Shown: positions 1-9,820, numbered from the stretch's first letter. The stretch is 64,000 bases of DNA from Candidatus Moraniibacteriota bacterium (GCA_049289395.1 JBATLQ010000045.1:5565-69564), one strand, 5' to 3'. Made by a program: numbers and translations. The notes: generated by a model not told the origin, from the sequence alone.

Positions 1-1642
1 CATAGACACTTTGTTGGCAGTCGGAACGATAATTGACAGCTCTCCGTCAACACTAATTGACGCCGCTACGCCCTTGGGGAGAATAGCGACATTGAGATCG
101 GGGACATCGACTGGAGAACGAGCAAAGACATACTTGGCATAGTCCTTCTCGAAGGTAAACTCGAGGCGTTCGTAATCACCGCTCTGATTGACGACGGAGA
201 GGACTACATAGCGTGGCCCAGCCTTTGCTACGATGACAGTGATGCCATCCAGCTCGGGGGCTCGGGTAATCGCACATGCCTTGCCACCAAAGGGAACAAT
301 GAGAAATGTCGCCCCGAGCGCATCCTGCACTCCGACACCATCGAACCACTTCGTTGAATTCCGCAATGCCCCCCAGGTGTTTCCGGAAGACAAAAGCGGC
401 GTATTGAACATCGTGAGCACGAGTTCGGTGATACCACGATCACTCACAGCGAACAGTCGATCAGCAGACCGGAACAATCCATGGGCCTTGAGTGCGAAAG
501 AGAGCTCCATCGTCTTTCCCGATGCAGCCTCGACATACTTGAACCCAAGCACGCCATTCTCGATCGTACCGACGAGCCATCCCCTGTCAACCTTCACCAC
601 TTCGACATCGCGGGTCTTAACCACGCCAATAGTTTTCTTCATGGTGAGTTCGACAAGCGAACCATCAGCACACTGCACGACACCGCATGGCCAGACCCGA
701 AGAACAGGATTGCCAGTGGGAGCGTACAACTTCTCGAAGGCGAGTGAGCCCGTCGCGGTACTGACCACACGGAGAACGCGTGCCGCCTGCGCAACCTGTG
801 TCCCCACTTGAAGTGGTGATGGCGGAATGGAACGCTCACCGTGTTGAAACGCGGCCTCGTACCAGGAAAGTAGTGGTGTGGGAATACATGAGAAATCGCG
901 CACTGCCCTATTGAGAGTCACTCCAGGAGTGAAGACCGATTTATTTGCCTTCATTCTTTCGAGAAACTCGACCGGCTTGTAGCCCTGGAGCGTTCCTTTG
1001 TACGGGTGAGTCCCTGTGAAGAGCTGAAATGTAACAACCCCCCAAGCAAACCAGTCGCTTTCAACTGAGACCAGCTTGGTATGCCAATCGCGAATCGAAG
1101 GCATCTTGGCTACCGTAGGAGGAATTTGCCCTCCAAGCACCCACGAGTCGACATCAATCACCCTTGGTGAAGGTTTCGCCCTATCACCAAAGTTGACCAG
1201 CCAATTGAGTTCATTGGCATCGACCATAATCGCATTCGCCGCATGCGCATAGCGCACCGTATCATGCATACCACCTGCGAGAATCCTCGCCGACTCATCC
1301 GTGAAGCTTTCGCGTTGACGGAAATCATTCGTGAACACCCGCGACATCGGCTCACCTGCCGCAAAGGGCATGTAATAGCCAATGGGTTCACCGGAAGCCG
1401 CATCGCTAGCGATACCCTGCGGACCGACGATCGTCATATGCTTGATGAGTGCAAGCTGGCGGATCTTCTCGATCATGCCACGCTGCTTCATCTTGCCTGC
1501 GTTGATGTAAATCTTCACAATGGTGTCGCCAGTGCGATAGATGATGCCTTCACCACCCTGAGCCACATAATCATCGGGTCGGAGGGTGAAGGTTCCGCGT
1601 CCCTCAAGTGCTACTTTGCGAGTCTTGGTTTGAGTTGCCATG
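1..1642 (-). CDS. Ser/Thr protein kinase (TerY-P triad type); start at 1642, 3' end runs off window
   Basis: No in-window stop, so absent from ORF track. Manual translation from ATG (plus cat 1640-1642, GGAGAT RBS) gives MATQTKTRKV... with kinase-like motifs: G-rich loop QGGEGIIY, VKIY lysine, catalytic-loop-like HAANAIMVDANELNW, DVDSW and SDWFAWGVVTFQLFTG. Overlaps PP2C gene by 39 nt. Confidence 0.55.
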
Positions 1643-2545
1643 GATATCTCCTTGTTCAATCGGTTCGATCTCGACATGGATCACTGCATACGCAATGTCA
1701 TCCATCGGTCCTTTACCTTGGTTGCAGAAGTCCTTGAGTGCACGAATCATCCGGCGCTTCACGAATACGCCCTTCGTAGTCTTGAAGGAGAGGAGTGCGA
1801 TGACGACATCCTTCCAGTCGACGCCATCGACACGCAACACGCCATCGGTAAAGACAGCAATCACATCAATGTAATCTGTCAATGTTTCCTTGCTGATCGA
1901 TTGAGTGATGCCTCGCATACCATCGATAACAGCATGAGCCACCGTACCGCGGCAAACGAATTCTTTGCTGATGGGATCATAACTCCAATGCTCCTCGAAC
2001 AGAGCAGGGGTCGTCGGGTCGCCGTGCTCGCGAACATAGCCTGCCCCACCCGACTCTTCGCGATACTGTGGATAGAACGGCACCTTACCCCAATCGTATC
2101 GGAATATCGACACTGAACCATCTCGTGCCTTCGTAGCAATCACGCCATCCCCGACAAGGTGAATCACTCCTCCTTCTCTGGTGGCAAATGCGTAGCCACA
2201 GGTCGCCAGCATGTCATCTCGTGCCAGACCGAGTGCATGGCGCACCGTACCAAGTACGATACGCTGTTGTACGCCAACTTCAGTAACGACACCATGTTCA
2301 CCCGTATCCGATGAGAAATTGATATTGTCATGCCGGTCATAATAGGCACGGATTGCGGCGATAGAACCGAATGTGAGCACGCGTGCACCCATATCGGTCT
2401 CTCCGCCAGCAGAACACCCGTCCGAAATGACGGCACAGGCCATCCCATCCTCATACATCGAGAGCGCGTGATCCTGACAAGGCTTCCCGCTCCCGACATG
2501 CTCGCGTCCGATACTAAAGTGGTGGTCTGCAGAAAGTCTGATCAT
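1604..2545 (-). CDS. PP2C-family Ser/Thr protein phosphatase
   Basis: 313-aa ORF; metal-binding Asp-rich motifs (VISDGCSAGGETDMGAR, VFTDGV) typical of PP2C; strong SD AGGGAGGAGA upstream of ATG. Confidence 0.6.
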   Translation of the reverse strand: MIRLSADHHFSIGREHVGSGKPCQDHALSMYEDGMACAVISDGCSAGGETDMGARVLTFGSIAAIRAYYDRHDNINFSSDTGEHGVVTEVGVQQRIVLGTVRHALGLARDDMLATCGYAFATREGGVIHLVGDGVIATKARDGSVSIFRYDWGKVPFYPQYREESGGAGYVREHGDPTTPALFEEHWSYDPISKEFVCRGTVAHAVIDGMRGITQSISKETLTDYIDVIAVFTDGVLRVDGVDWKDVVIALLSFKTTKGVFVKRRMIRALKDFCNQGKGPMDDIAYAVIHVEIEPIEQGDIHGNSNQDSQSST

Positions 2546-2626
2546 TTGAATCTCCTCCCTCCGAATGAAAGAAAAAAGGGCAACGATTGACTCGCTGCCC
2601 CAGGTTGCTTGATGCCTCGCGCGCGA

Positions 2627-3385
2627 CTAGATTGTCGCGGCGATATTCTGACTCGGACCACCGGTACCGATCGCCTGCGATTGGCTCGAAATTGACTGAT
2701 CGATGAAGGCCCCCAGCTTGGCCAACTTGGCCGGGGTTGCCTCACCTGCATCGACATACTGCGTCATACCGGCCTCGGCATGAAATGTCTCGAGCGCCCG
2801 CTTGACACCAGACTCCATCGTATTGATGCCGATGAGAATCGAGATCATCGATTCGAGCTTCTCGCCCGTGACCGACTGCTCGAGCTCTTGGCGTACCATG
2901 TGCATGGTGGCGACCGAAGCGTTCTCACCGCCATCGGTGATGATGAAGGCAATGCCGTTGACGCCGAATTCCTGTTCGGTGAGTTCTTCGCCATACTTGT
3001 TCATCGCACCGACCCCGGAGTAGACCGCGTCGCAAAGCGGCGTCATGCCACCCGGATCCAAATCCGGGTAGGCGGCGACATCAATCTCGGCGAGGGGCTT
3101 GAAGCCATGAACTTCCTTCACACCGTTCGGGTACTTGTCCGAAAAGTAGATGACCCGCAGGAGCAGATTGTCACTCCGCGGCGACTTTTTGCAAGCAAGC
3201 ACAGCGGCTTCGAGCATCTTGCCCAGCTCGACCTTGAAACGAGCGGTCGAACCAGTCTCGTCCACCGCGATGGTGGCGAGGGTGTACTCGGATGCGCCGA
3301 GCGCGTCGAGCCGAGTTCCGCTGAAGCTGAAATTTCCAGCCAGCCGGTGTTGTTGCATATTGTCATCGTTCATCAAACGGGGCAT
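2627..3385 (-). CDS. von Willebrand factor A (vWA) domain protein, TerY-like
   Basis: 252 aa; MIDAS-like VDETGST near N-term and FIITDGGEN motif; AAGGAGAT RBS; sits directly upstream of PP2C and kinase genes. Confidence 0.6.
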   Translation of the reverse strand: MPRLMNDDNMQQHRLAGNFSFSGTRLDALGASEYTLATIAVDETGSTARFKVELGKMLEAAVLACKKSPRSDNLLLRVIYFSDKYPNGVKEVHGFKPLAEIDVAAYPDLDPGGMTPLCDAVYSGVGAMNKYGEELTEQEFGVNGIAFIITDGGENASVATMHMVRQELEQSVTGEKLESMISILIGINTMESGVKRALETFHAEAGMTQYVDAGEATPAKLAKLGAFIDQSISSQSQAIGTGGPSQNIAATI

Positions 3386-3428
3386 GTTGATCTCCTTGTT
3401 TCGGTTGGTTTGGGTGACGAATCACTGC

Positions 3429-4259
3429 TTAGCGCAGGAAATCGTCGGCGGTGGTGAGCGTCATGCCCTGAGACTGCATCGACTGCAGCCAGGCTTGGGC
3501 GATAGTCGGAAAATCCGGCGTACCCGGTCCCTGAGGAACCGGATGAGTGCAATCGGTGATGATGTGGAACTTCCTGATGTGTTCATCACCGATGTATTGC
3601 GCGATCTGATTGACCGTCCGCAGAACACAGTGCGACAGGGCTTCGCCGGCAACACCGATGATGTCGGCCTCGCGCATGACCTCAAGGAGACCGGTATTGA
3701 GCTGGGTTGACGGATCTTCGGGATCAGGAACTTCAGCCATGAGAGCACCGAAGTGTTCGGTGAACACATTGGTACCCTTGGTGACATAGTTCACATTGGC
3801 AAACTCCTTGCGCTCCCAAGCCTCGAGGGCGGCGAACAGATTCGCCTGCACGGCCGCGCCGGGCGTGCCGATGAGGCAGTGGTCCGGCCAGATGAGGTGA
3901 GCGTAGTTGCCCGGCGTGCTTTCCAGGGTACGACAGTACTCGAGAAGACGCTTGCGAAACGCGGGGTTACGCGGCGACCAGACGCCAGCCTCGATATCCT
4001 TGGCGAAGATGAGCGTGAACGGGTTCGGCATATTGCCGTCCTGGTCGCGCCACATGCCACGGTGCGAAACATCGATCACGCGGTGCGAATCGAGCGTCAC
4101 ATGAATGTCATCGAGCTTAGGACCGACCCGCCGGATCAGCCCGGCCAGACGATCCATGTCGGCATTAGCGCCGGGCACGGGAAGCGTCGAACTCGGGGAG
4201 TCCATGAAGTCGTTCTGGGGATCGATGATCATGAGGTGAACCTTCAGATTTTTTGACAT
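3429..4259 (-). CDS. isochorismatase-family cysteine hydrolase (nicotinamidase-like)
   Basis: N-terminal LMIIDPQNDF motif characteristic of isochorismatase/nicotinamidase fold; start chosen at MSKNLKV with GGAG RBS. Confidence 0.55.
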   Translation of the reverse strand: MSKNLKVHLMIIDPQNDFMDSPSSTLPVPGANADMDRLAGLIRRVGPKLDDIHVTLDSHRVIDVSHRGMWRDQDGNMPNPFTLIFAKDIEAGVWSPRNPAFRKRLLEYCRTLESTPGNYAHLIWPDHCLIGTPGAAVQANLFAALEAWERKEFANVNYVTKGTNVFTEHFGALMAEVPDPEDPSTQLNTGLLEVMREADIIGVAGEALSHCVLRTVNQIAQYIGDEHIRKFHIITDCTHPVPQGPGTPDFPTIAQAWLQSMQSQGMTLTTADDFLR

Positions 4260-4652
4260 GCTGAGATACTCCTGGGTTAATTGACATTGATATATCAGGA
4301 ACTTCGGGTGTCGAAACTCGCTCGTGATGAGTGAATTCCGACGATTTTCCTTCATTCCTATTGTTAAACAGCGTCCCAATAGCTGTAAAGCCTGGGGCAC
4401 TGTCTTACAAGGTGTTCCTTGAAAAACACTGCTCCGCGCTTTACTTTATGCACAACTACATCAACCTGAGAATCCAATCCACAACTCGCCCCTTCAGAGA
4501 AGGATGACATTACCATCTATGCAATATATTGTCAACCCCTGTTCCAGTTGTTCCATCACCCATTTTATAAAATTCTTCGCCAGCCCTTCTTTATACCCAT
4601 CCCACTACTAAGTGTAGTATATACACTATATATTTTCTGTCAAGGGAAACAT

Positions 4653-4682
4653 AAAAAAAATCCCTTCTCTGAAGGGATTTTG
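4653..4682. terminator. bidirectional intrinsic terminator downstream of ruvA
   Basis: A-run, stem TCCCTTC, loop TCT, stem GAAGGGA, then T-run. Confidence 0.6.
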
Positions 4683-4705
4683 GAATAGCAATCAAACCAG
4701 TGGCT

Positions 4706-5278
4706 CTATTTCTTCCCCAAATTTTTCAAGGCGTAACGAATGCGCTCGCCGGGAGTCGTGATATCAGTCGGAATATCTTTCAACGACTCCCTCGCCTGCG
4801 CTGCGGAGTAGCCGAGCGCCATGAGCCCCTCTACCGCATCCTGATCCGCGGAGATAGACGCGCGACCAGTCACTTCCGCCGCGGTCACTTTGTTCTGCAA
4901 TTCGACGATGATCTTCTCTGCCGTTTTCTTCCCGACGCCGGAGATCCGCGTGAGGATAGTCGGGTCGCGCTCTACTACCGCCGCACGGATCGTATTCGTA
5001 TCGGCGATAGAGAGGATGCCGAGTGCCATCTTCGGCCCGACGCCCGATACCGAGATGAGCAATTGAAATACATTCAATTCATCTTCTTCGAGAAATCCGA
5101 ACAACGCGAACTGATCCTCCCGCACATGCGTATGGATATGGAGCGTCACCTCGTCTCGTCCGGCGAGCTTGCCCAAGGCATACGCGGATACCATGACGAG
5201 ATACCCCACCCCATGCACATCGACGATGACCGATGTCCCCTTCATCCCGACGACTTTCCCTGTGAGCAGTGCGATCAT
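4706..5278 (-). CDS. ruvA: Holliday junction DNA helicase RuvA
   Basis: 190 aa; MIALLTGKV...SVSGVGPKMALGIL HhH motifs and C-terminal domain typical of RuvA. Confidence 0.85.
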   Translation of the reverse strand: MIALLTGKVVGMKGTSVIVDVHGVGYLVMVSAYALGKLAGRDEVTLHIHTHVREDQFALFGFLEEDELNVFQLLISVSGVGPKMALGILSIADTNTIRAAVVERDPTILTRISGVGKKTAEKIIVELQNKVTAAEVTGRASISADQDAVEGLMALGYSAAQARESLKDIPTDITTPGERIRYALKNLGKK

Positions 5279-5595
5279 AGTATTTCCTTCAATTTCCTCC
5301 TGCTGTTTCTATCTCCAGCATAAGGGGTGGTACAAAATGTACCCCAGTTGACAGAAAGCTCCAAATCTCGTGCTCGTATCTTTTTAATGTATTGCTTTAC
5401 ATCAGCGGAATCAGTAAGTACTCGAACGACATCAGCCACGGAGAAATACCATTGGTTATCATGCCAAGATCGGCGAACCTCTCTCTCTTCAAAAATCGCC
5501 AGGGCAGTTTTCATAACTTCAAACATTATTTTCTTCTTCAGTATAGCATTATCAATTGTTTTCGATGCCATCCCTTGCCAAAGGGGAAAATCCAT
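5275..5595 (-). CDS. Bro-N/KilA-N-like DNA-binding domain protein
   Basis: 106 aa; segment WHDNQWYFSVADVVRVLTDSADVKQYIKKI resembles Bro-N (phage antirepressor N-terminal) domain; overlaps ruvA start by 4 nt. Confidence 0.4.
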   Translation of the reverse strand: MDFPLWQGMASKTIDNAILKKKIMFEVMKTALAIFEEREVRRSWHDNQWYFSVADVVRVLTDSADVKQYIKKIRARDLELSVNWGTFCTTPYAGDRNSRRKLKEIL

Positions 5596-5686
5596 GGTAC
5601 AAAAGGATAGTCCTGTTTCAAAGAAAATCCGAAACTCTCACGGTAACGATTTTCATTTTTAATTTTAATTTCGAAATGACAACGCT

Positions 5687-5959
5687 ATGCCAATCAAGGA
5701 AAATGCGAGGAAATACATGCGCGTCACCAAGCGGAAGACCCTCCGTAACAAGATCGTGAAGGGTGTCGTAAAGAGCGCGGTGAAGAATACCCGTACAGCC
5801 GTCGCCTCGGGCGATGTCGCGACTATGAAAGAGACCTACCTCAAGGCGCAGAAAGCCATCGACAAAGCCGCCGCGAAGGGTATCATCAAGAAGAATACCG
5901 CAGCGAGGAAAAAATCCCGCCTCAACGCCGCCATCAAGAAAGCGAGCTTGAAGAAATAG
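5687..5959 (+). CDS. rpsT: 30S ribosomal protein S20
   Basis: 90 aa, Lys/Arg/Ala-rich; N-terminal IKENARKY and GIIKKNTAARKKSRL match S20 pattern; alternative start 5717 has better SD. Confidence 0.7.
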   Translation: MPIKENARKYMRVTKRKTLRNKIVKGVVKSAVKNTRTAVASGDVATMKETYLKAQKAIDKAAAKGIIKKNTAARKKSRLNAAIKKASLKK

Positions 5960-6017
5960 TATCTCGTATCCCTGCCCGTCCGGCAGGCGGGAAGTATTAT
6001 GTATTTTCTATACCGTA

Positions 6018-6050
6018 TGAAAAAAACTCACCAAGTGGTGAGTTTTTTTC
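6018..6050. terminator. bidirectional intrinsic terminator (rpsT / holA)
   Basis: A-run, ACTCACC, AAGT loop, GGTGAGT, then T7. Confidence 0.65.
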
Positions 6051-6083
6051 TGTTCATTGTTTCTTGTTCCCTGTTCCCTGATT

Positions 6084-7052
6084 TTAAAACTTCGCCACGA
6101 ACAAATACACCGCGAGGTCGGGACGGAGGGCGCCGGTCTTGATACGGGCATCCGCTTCGGCGAGGAATGCGAAGGATTTCTTCAATCGGTCCATCGGGAG
6201 CTTTGCTATCGCGGAGAGGCACTTGCGTACCGAATATTCCTTCATCCCTGTTTGATTCGCGATTGCCTGTGATTGGCGGATACCCCGGTCATACGCATCC
6301 CGCACCGAGACGAGGAGTCGCATTTGCCAGGCGCAGGATCCGAGTATGCGAAACGCGTCCTCGCCCTTCCCCAGCTCCCGCGCGAAGAGCTGTATCGCTC
6401 CATCGCGCCGCCCAGACACGATGAGGTCGAGTGCCTCGAACACCGTCCCACCCGGTGCAAAGGAAATAAACTCACGCAACTCGCCTTCAGATATATTCCC
6501 CTCGGATTTCAGGAAAGCAAGTTTCGCGATCTCACTCTCCAGACGATACATATTCGTCCCACACTCGAGGATAAGCGCGCGAAGTGCCGGAAGCGAGAGC
6601 GTCGCCATTGCATTCCGCTCAGCAAACAATTTCGACGCATACTGTTCCAATTCCTGTGGAAGCGGTTTTTCATTGAGCACGACAGGCTCCGCCTTTTTCG
6701 AAAGCAACACCTGAAGTTCATTTTTCTTCCTCAATTTTCCCGCCTCAGAAAAAAGGATATGAATGGATGCATCGGAAAAAAGTTCGGGGTGTGATTCCAA
6801 TGCCGTGCAAATGCGACCGGAAAAAAGTTCATTCGAGAGCACATTCCGAATCACGATCATCTTTTCTTCGGAAAATAATCCCGTCTGCCATGCCTCTTGC
6901 AAAACCCTCCAAGTATTCTCCTCCTCACCAGAAAGATCGAAATCAAGAATAAGTACCTGTGCCCCTTGGTGATGTGCTGAAAAATCAGCACGAAGCTCCC
7001 GCTCCCGACGCCTCACGAAATATTCGCTTTCCCCCGATAAAAATTGAATCAT
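6084..7052 (-). CDS. holA: DNA polymerase III delta subunit
   Basis: ~322 aa from MIQFLSGE; overall delta-subunit-like organisation (N-terminal clamp-loader fold, C-terminal helical domain); located near rpsT as in many bacteria. Confidence 0.5.
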   Translation of the reverse strand: MIQFLSGESEYFVRRRERELRADFSAHHQGAQVLILDFDLSGEEENTWRVLQEAWQTGLFSEEKMIVIRNVLSNELFSGRICTALESHPELFSDASIHILFSEAGKLRKKNELQVLLSKKAEPVVLNEKPLPQELEQYASKLFAERNAMATLSLPALRALILECGTNMYRLESEIAKLAFLKSEGNISEGELREFISFAPGGTVFEALDLIVSGRRDGAIQLFARELGKGEDAFRILGSCAWQMRLLVSVRDAYDRGIRQSQAIANQTGMKEYSVRKCLSAIAKLPMDRLKKSFAFLAEADARIKTGALRPDLAVYLFVAKF

Positions 7053-7097
7053 ACTTCCAGTATACCAAAAAGAGCGGTTCCCCGCTCTTTCTTTCAA

Positions 7098-7195
7098 TCA
7101 GCGGTCGTTCCACTTTTTGAGCGGTGCCTCCGCTGATGGAAAGCCTTGTTTTTCGAACAGCGGACGCACCGCCCGCAGGCGGAACGACCGCTCGC
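7098..7195. repeat. REP-like intergenic hairpin repeat, copy A (extended, with flanking 13-bp inverted repeat)
   Basis: Core GGTCGTTCCACTTTTTGAGCGGTGCCTCCGCTG shared with copies at 15381-15450, 20121-20175 and 55698-55790; CAGCGGTCGTTCC (7099-7111) pairs with GGAACGACCGCTC (7181-7193). Confidence 0.6.
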
Positions 7196-7256
7196 GCATA
7201 TTCTGAATTCCCTATTCCAAAGTCTACATTCTACATTCCACATTCTCTATTCTTCT

Positions 7257-8456
7257 TTATGCCTTCACTTCCCAGCTGAAGAGTTGCCCTGGCACCATGA
7301 CTTCCACCCAGATCTGCCCGGGAACGAATTTTATTTCCGATCCGCTCTCATCGTAGAAGAAGAGTTTGGAATCCGCTGACTTCCGGCTTTTCTTCCAAGT
7401 ACCCCGATATTCCTTGCCATTCATATAATACCGTGCGTCACCCGTTTCTGCCGTATCGAACCACGGATCACCGAATTGGAGATTGTTGTACCGACCGGAA
7501 ATATTTTTCGGTCCCGTCTTCTCCCAGTCCTCGAGTCCCGCCCAGGGATCCTGCACCCCCCTCGCCGTATAATCGACGGTCGCCATGATCTGCTCATTCT
7601 CCGCGATGGCGAGCACGATATTTTTCGGCGCGATTCGCTTGTTGTTGTTCCGATCGAGATCCGCCACTCCACCCCAAGTACGGAGGTAACTATTCGAGTC
7701 ACGATCATAGTCATACTCCACCTCCATCATTCCCGGGTACCCGAAACGGAGGTGTCCGCCAGCTGGTCGATCTTCCACCTTCGCATCTTCCTCGTGTGGA
7801 TACCCCGCGAATGAATTCGTATCACGATACTCGTATTTTTTTGCCGCGGCGAGGAGCTGTTCTCCCTTGATATATCCCGTATCTTCGCCTCTCATGAGAC
7901 CCGTCCGTTCTTTCCGGAAACAGAAATCATTCGCCGGCTTCCCACCCTGATTGTTGCAGTCCAAATTGTCGATCACACCATCGTCGAGCTTCTTCAGGGC
8001 AAACGCCGACCCGCCCCATCCGACGAACACCGCATCGAGCCCCTTCGCCACACTGATATAATCATGACGAGCACTGCGCATCGCACCGATCTCATCCGGA
8101 ATATCACACTGGTACACGCCGAGGAGTCGCGTCACGAATATGCCTTCCGCCGGATTCGGCATCTCGAATACCATGTCCGCCTGAGAAAATCCCGCGACCG
8201 GCCTCGCCTGTCTGTCTACCGGTTGCATCACGGCGAAAGCGCGCTTGTTCCAATTCGCACATGAAACACCGCTCATCGGGGAGACGGGTCCCGTATTCAC
8301 GGAACGAGGAGTAGCATCTGCGGATCCGTTCCGCGTAATCTCTATCGGCTTCACGCTCTGTCGCCTGAGCAGATCCTTCCCGAAAGAAAAATACGCGGCG
8401 GCGAGAGCGACCACCACAGCGACTACTCCTACCACCACCTTGTTTTTTGGCTCCAT
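7257..8456 (-). CDS. membrane-anchored secreted protein, DUF3048 (YerB)-like
   Basis: 399 aa with N-terminal TM helix (VVVGVVAVVVALAAAYF); family call by overall resemblance only. Confidence 0.35.
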   Translation of the reverse strand: MEPKNKVVVGVVAVVVALAAAYFSFGKDLLRRQSVKPIEITRNGSADATPRSVNTGPVSPMSGVSCANWNKRAFAVMQPVDRQARPVAGFSQADMVFEMPNPAEGIFVTRLLGVYQCDIPDEIGAMRSARHDYISVAKGLDAVFVGWGGSAFALKKLDDGVIDNLDCNNQGGKPANDFCFRKERTGLMRGEDTGYIKGEQLLAAAKKYEYRDTNSFAGYPHEEDAKVEDRPAGGHLRFGYPGMMEVEYDYDRDSNSYLRTWGGVADLDRNNNKRIAPKNIVLAIAENEQIMATVDYTARGVQDPWAGLEDWEKTGPKNISGRYNNLQFGDPWFDTAETGDARYYMNGKEYRGTWKKSRKSADSKLFFYDESGSEIKFVPGQIWVEVMVPGQLFSWEVKA

Positions 8457-8520
8457 ACTGTTTATATATTCGTACTATTTACTTTCACTATGGTATCACA
8501 ATTCACGCATTGCGAAAAAA

Positions 8521-9468
8521 TCACCGCTTCTTTCTCACATTCATGAGATCAAGAGGCTCAGCGAATTCCATCTGTTCAGATCGCACTGAAAGTTCCTCCG
8601 CTGTGGCACCCCGTGACACGAAATACTCCCGTGCCGCTCTAACCAAATGTTCCGGGACGCTCGCTCCTGCGCTGAGACCCACGATGGAAACGCTTTCGAG
8701 CCACGCCTGATCGAGTTGTCCGATATCGTCAATGAGGTATGCTGTGCACCCCGCGTCGCGCACCGTCTCCATCAGTCGCGTCGAATTCGAAGAGGACTGC
8801 GATCCGAGTATGAGCACGAGGTCACTCACCTTCGCAAGCCCCAAAATAGCCTCCTGCCGATTCGTCGTCGCATAACAAATATCAGAGAGCGGTGGCGCCA
8901 CGATCTGCGGATACTTCTTCTGCAGAGCCTCTATCACGATACCCGTATCAGAGACCGAGAGCGTCGTCTGTGTGAGATAGGCGAGTTTCTCCGGATTCCC
9001 GATCTCGAGTTTCTCCACATCTTCTGCGGTCTCGACGATGGGAATGTCCTTCTCAGTACTCTCAGCAATCACACCGATTCCTTCGATATGTCCGAGATGC
9101 CCGATATACACCACCTCGAATCCATCACGAAGGAATCTCTGCATTTCGAGATGCACCTTGGTCACTAGGGGACAGGTCGCATCGATCACGCGAATGCCAC
9201 GGCTCCGCGCCTCCGTGAAATGTGCTGGTGGCGACCCATGTGCAGAAAACACCGCGACTCCTCCATCTGGTATTTCCGATACCGACTCGATCGTGACAGC
9301 ACCCTTCTTCTCGAGTGCTTCCACGACATATTTATTGTGCACGATCTGATGCTTGACGAAGACCGGCGCGCCGAAAATCTCGATCGTATCCTCGACTGCC
9401 TTCACCGCCCGATCTACTCCGGCACAAAATCCTCGAGGAGACACGGATATGACTTTTTGTACATTCAT
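8521..9468 (-). CDS. ispH: 4-hydroxy-3-methylbut-2-enyl diphosphate reductase
   Basis: 315 aa; N-terminal SPRGFCAGVDRAV and conserved Cys/His pattern of IspH/LytB. Confidence 0.85.
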   Translation of the reverse strand: MNVQKVISVSPRGFCAGVDRAVKAVEDTIEIFGAPVFVKHQIVHNKYVVEALEKKGAVTIESVSEIPDGGVAVFSAHGSPPAHFTEARSRGIRVIDATCPLVTKVHLEMQRFLRDGFEVVYIGHLGHIEGIGVIAESTEKDIPIVETAEDVEKLEIGNPEKLAYLTQTTLSVSDTGIVIEALQKKYPQIVAPPLSDICYATTNRQEAILGLAKVSDLVLILGSQSSSNSTRLMETVRDAGCTAYLIDDIGQLDQAWLESVSIVGLSAGASVPEHLVRAAREYFVSRGATAEELSVRSEQMEFAEPLDLMNVRKKR

Positions 9469-9505
9469 TGAGTTTATTTATATGGTTTTCTATCAATCAA
9501 ACAGT

Positions 9506-9541
9506 ATCAAAAAAACAAGGGACTGGCGAGAAGCCGTCCCC
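9506..9541 (-). terminator. intrinsic terminator (minus strand) after small CDS 9559..9762
   Basis: minus strand reads GGGGACGGC-UUCUC-GCCAGUCCC then UUGUUUUUUUG. Confidence 0.6.
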
Positions 9542-9558
9542 ATGATACAAACTCGGTG

Positions 9559-9762
9559 TTACGAGTCAGCGAAAAACTCCTCTGGCGGGTGTTCTGCGAA
9601 AAGCAATCGCATACACACTCCATCAAAATCACTCCGAGGGAGAAAACATTGACAATCGGGATGTTTCGCGACATGTCCCCTGAGACATTCCCCCAAAGAA
9701 TCAACTTCCTCACTCTGCAGTGTGACAATTTTTCCCCCTACAACACACAAAGGCGCAGGCAT
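9559..9762 (-). CDS. small Cys-containing protein (67 aa) with own promoter, strong RBS and terminator
   Basis: AAGGAGAG 7 nt upstream of ATG; sigma70-like promoter upstream (rc TTGACA-17-TAGATT); terminator downstream; 5 Cys. Confidence 0.45.
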   Translation of the reverse strand: MPAPLCVVGGKIVTLQSEEVDSLGECLRGHVAKHPDCQCFLPRSDFDGVCMRLLFAEHPPEEFFADS

Positions 9763-9791
9763 GACACTCTCCTTCCGTTTTGAGATATCTC

Positions 9792-9820
9792 GAATCTACC
9801 CGACATTTGCAAGGGTGTCA
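9792..9820 (-). promoter_or_regulatory. sigma70-like promoter (minus strand) TTGACA-17nt-TAGATT
   Basis: plus-strand aatcta(9792-9797)...tgtcaa(9815-9820); reverse complement gives near-consensus -35/-10 with 17-nt spacer. Confidence 0.5.

Noticed and set aside
233-811. 192-aa plus-strand ORF at left end (and 1243..1737)
   Set aside because: Antisense to the kinase gene, whose translation shows protein-kinase motifs; S/T/P-rich shadow ORF.
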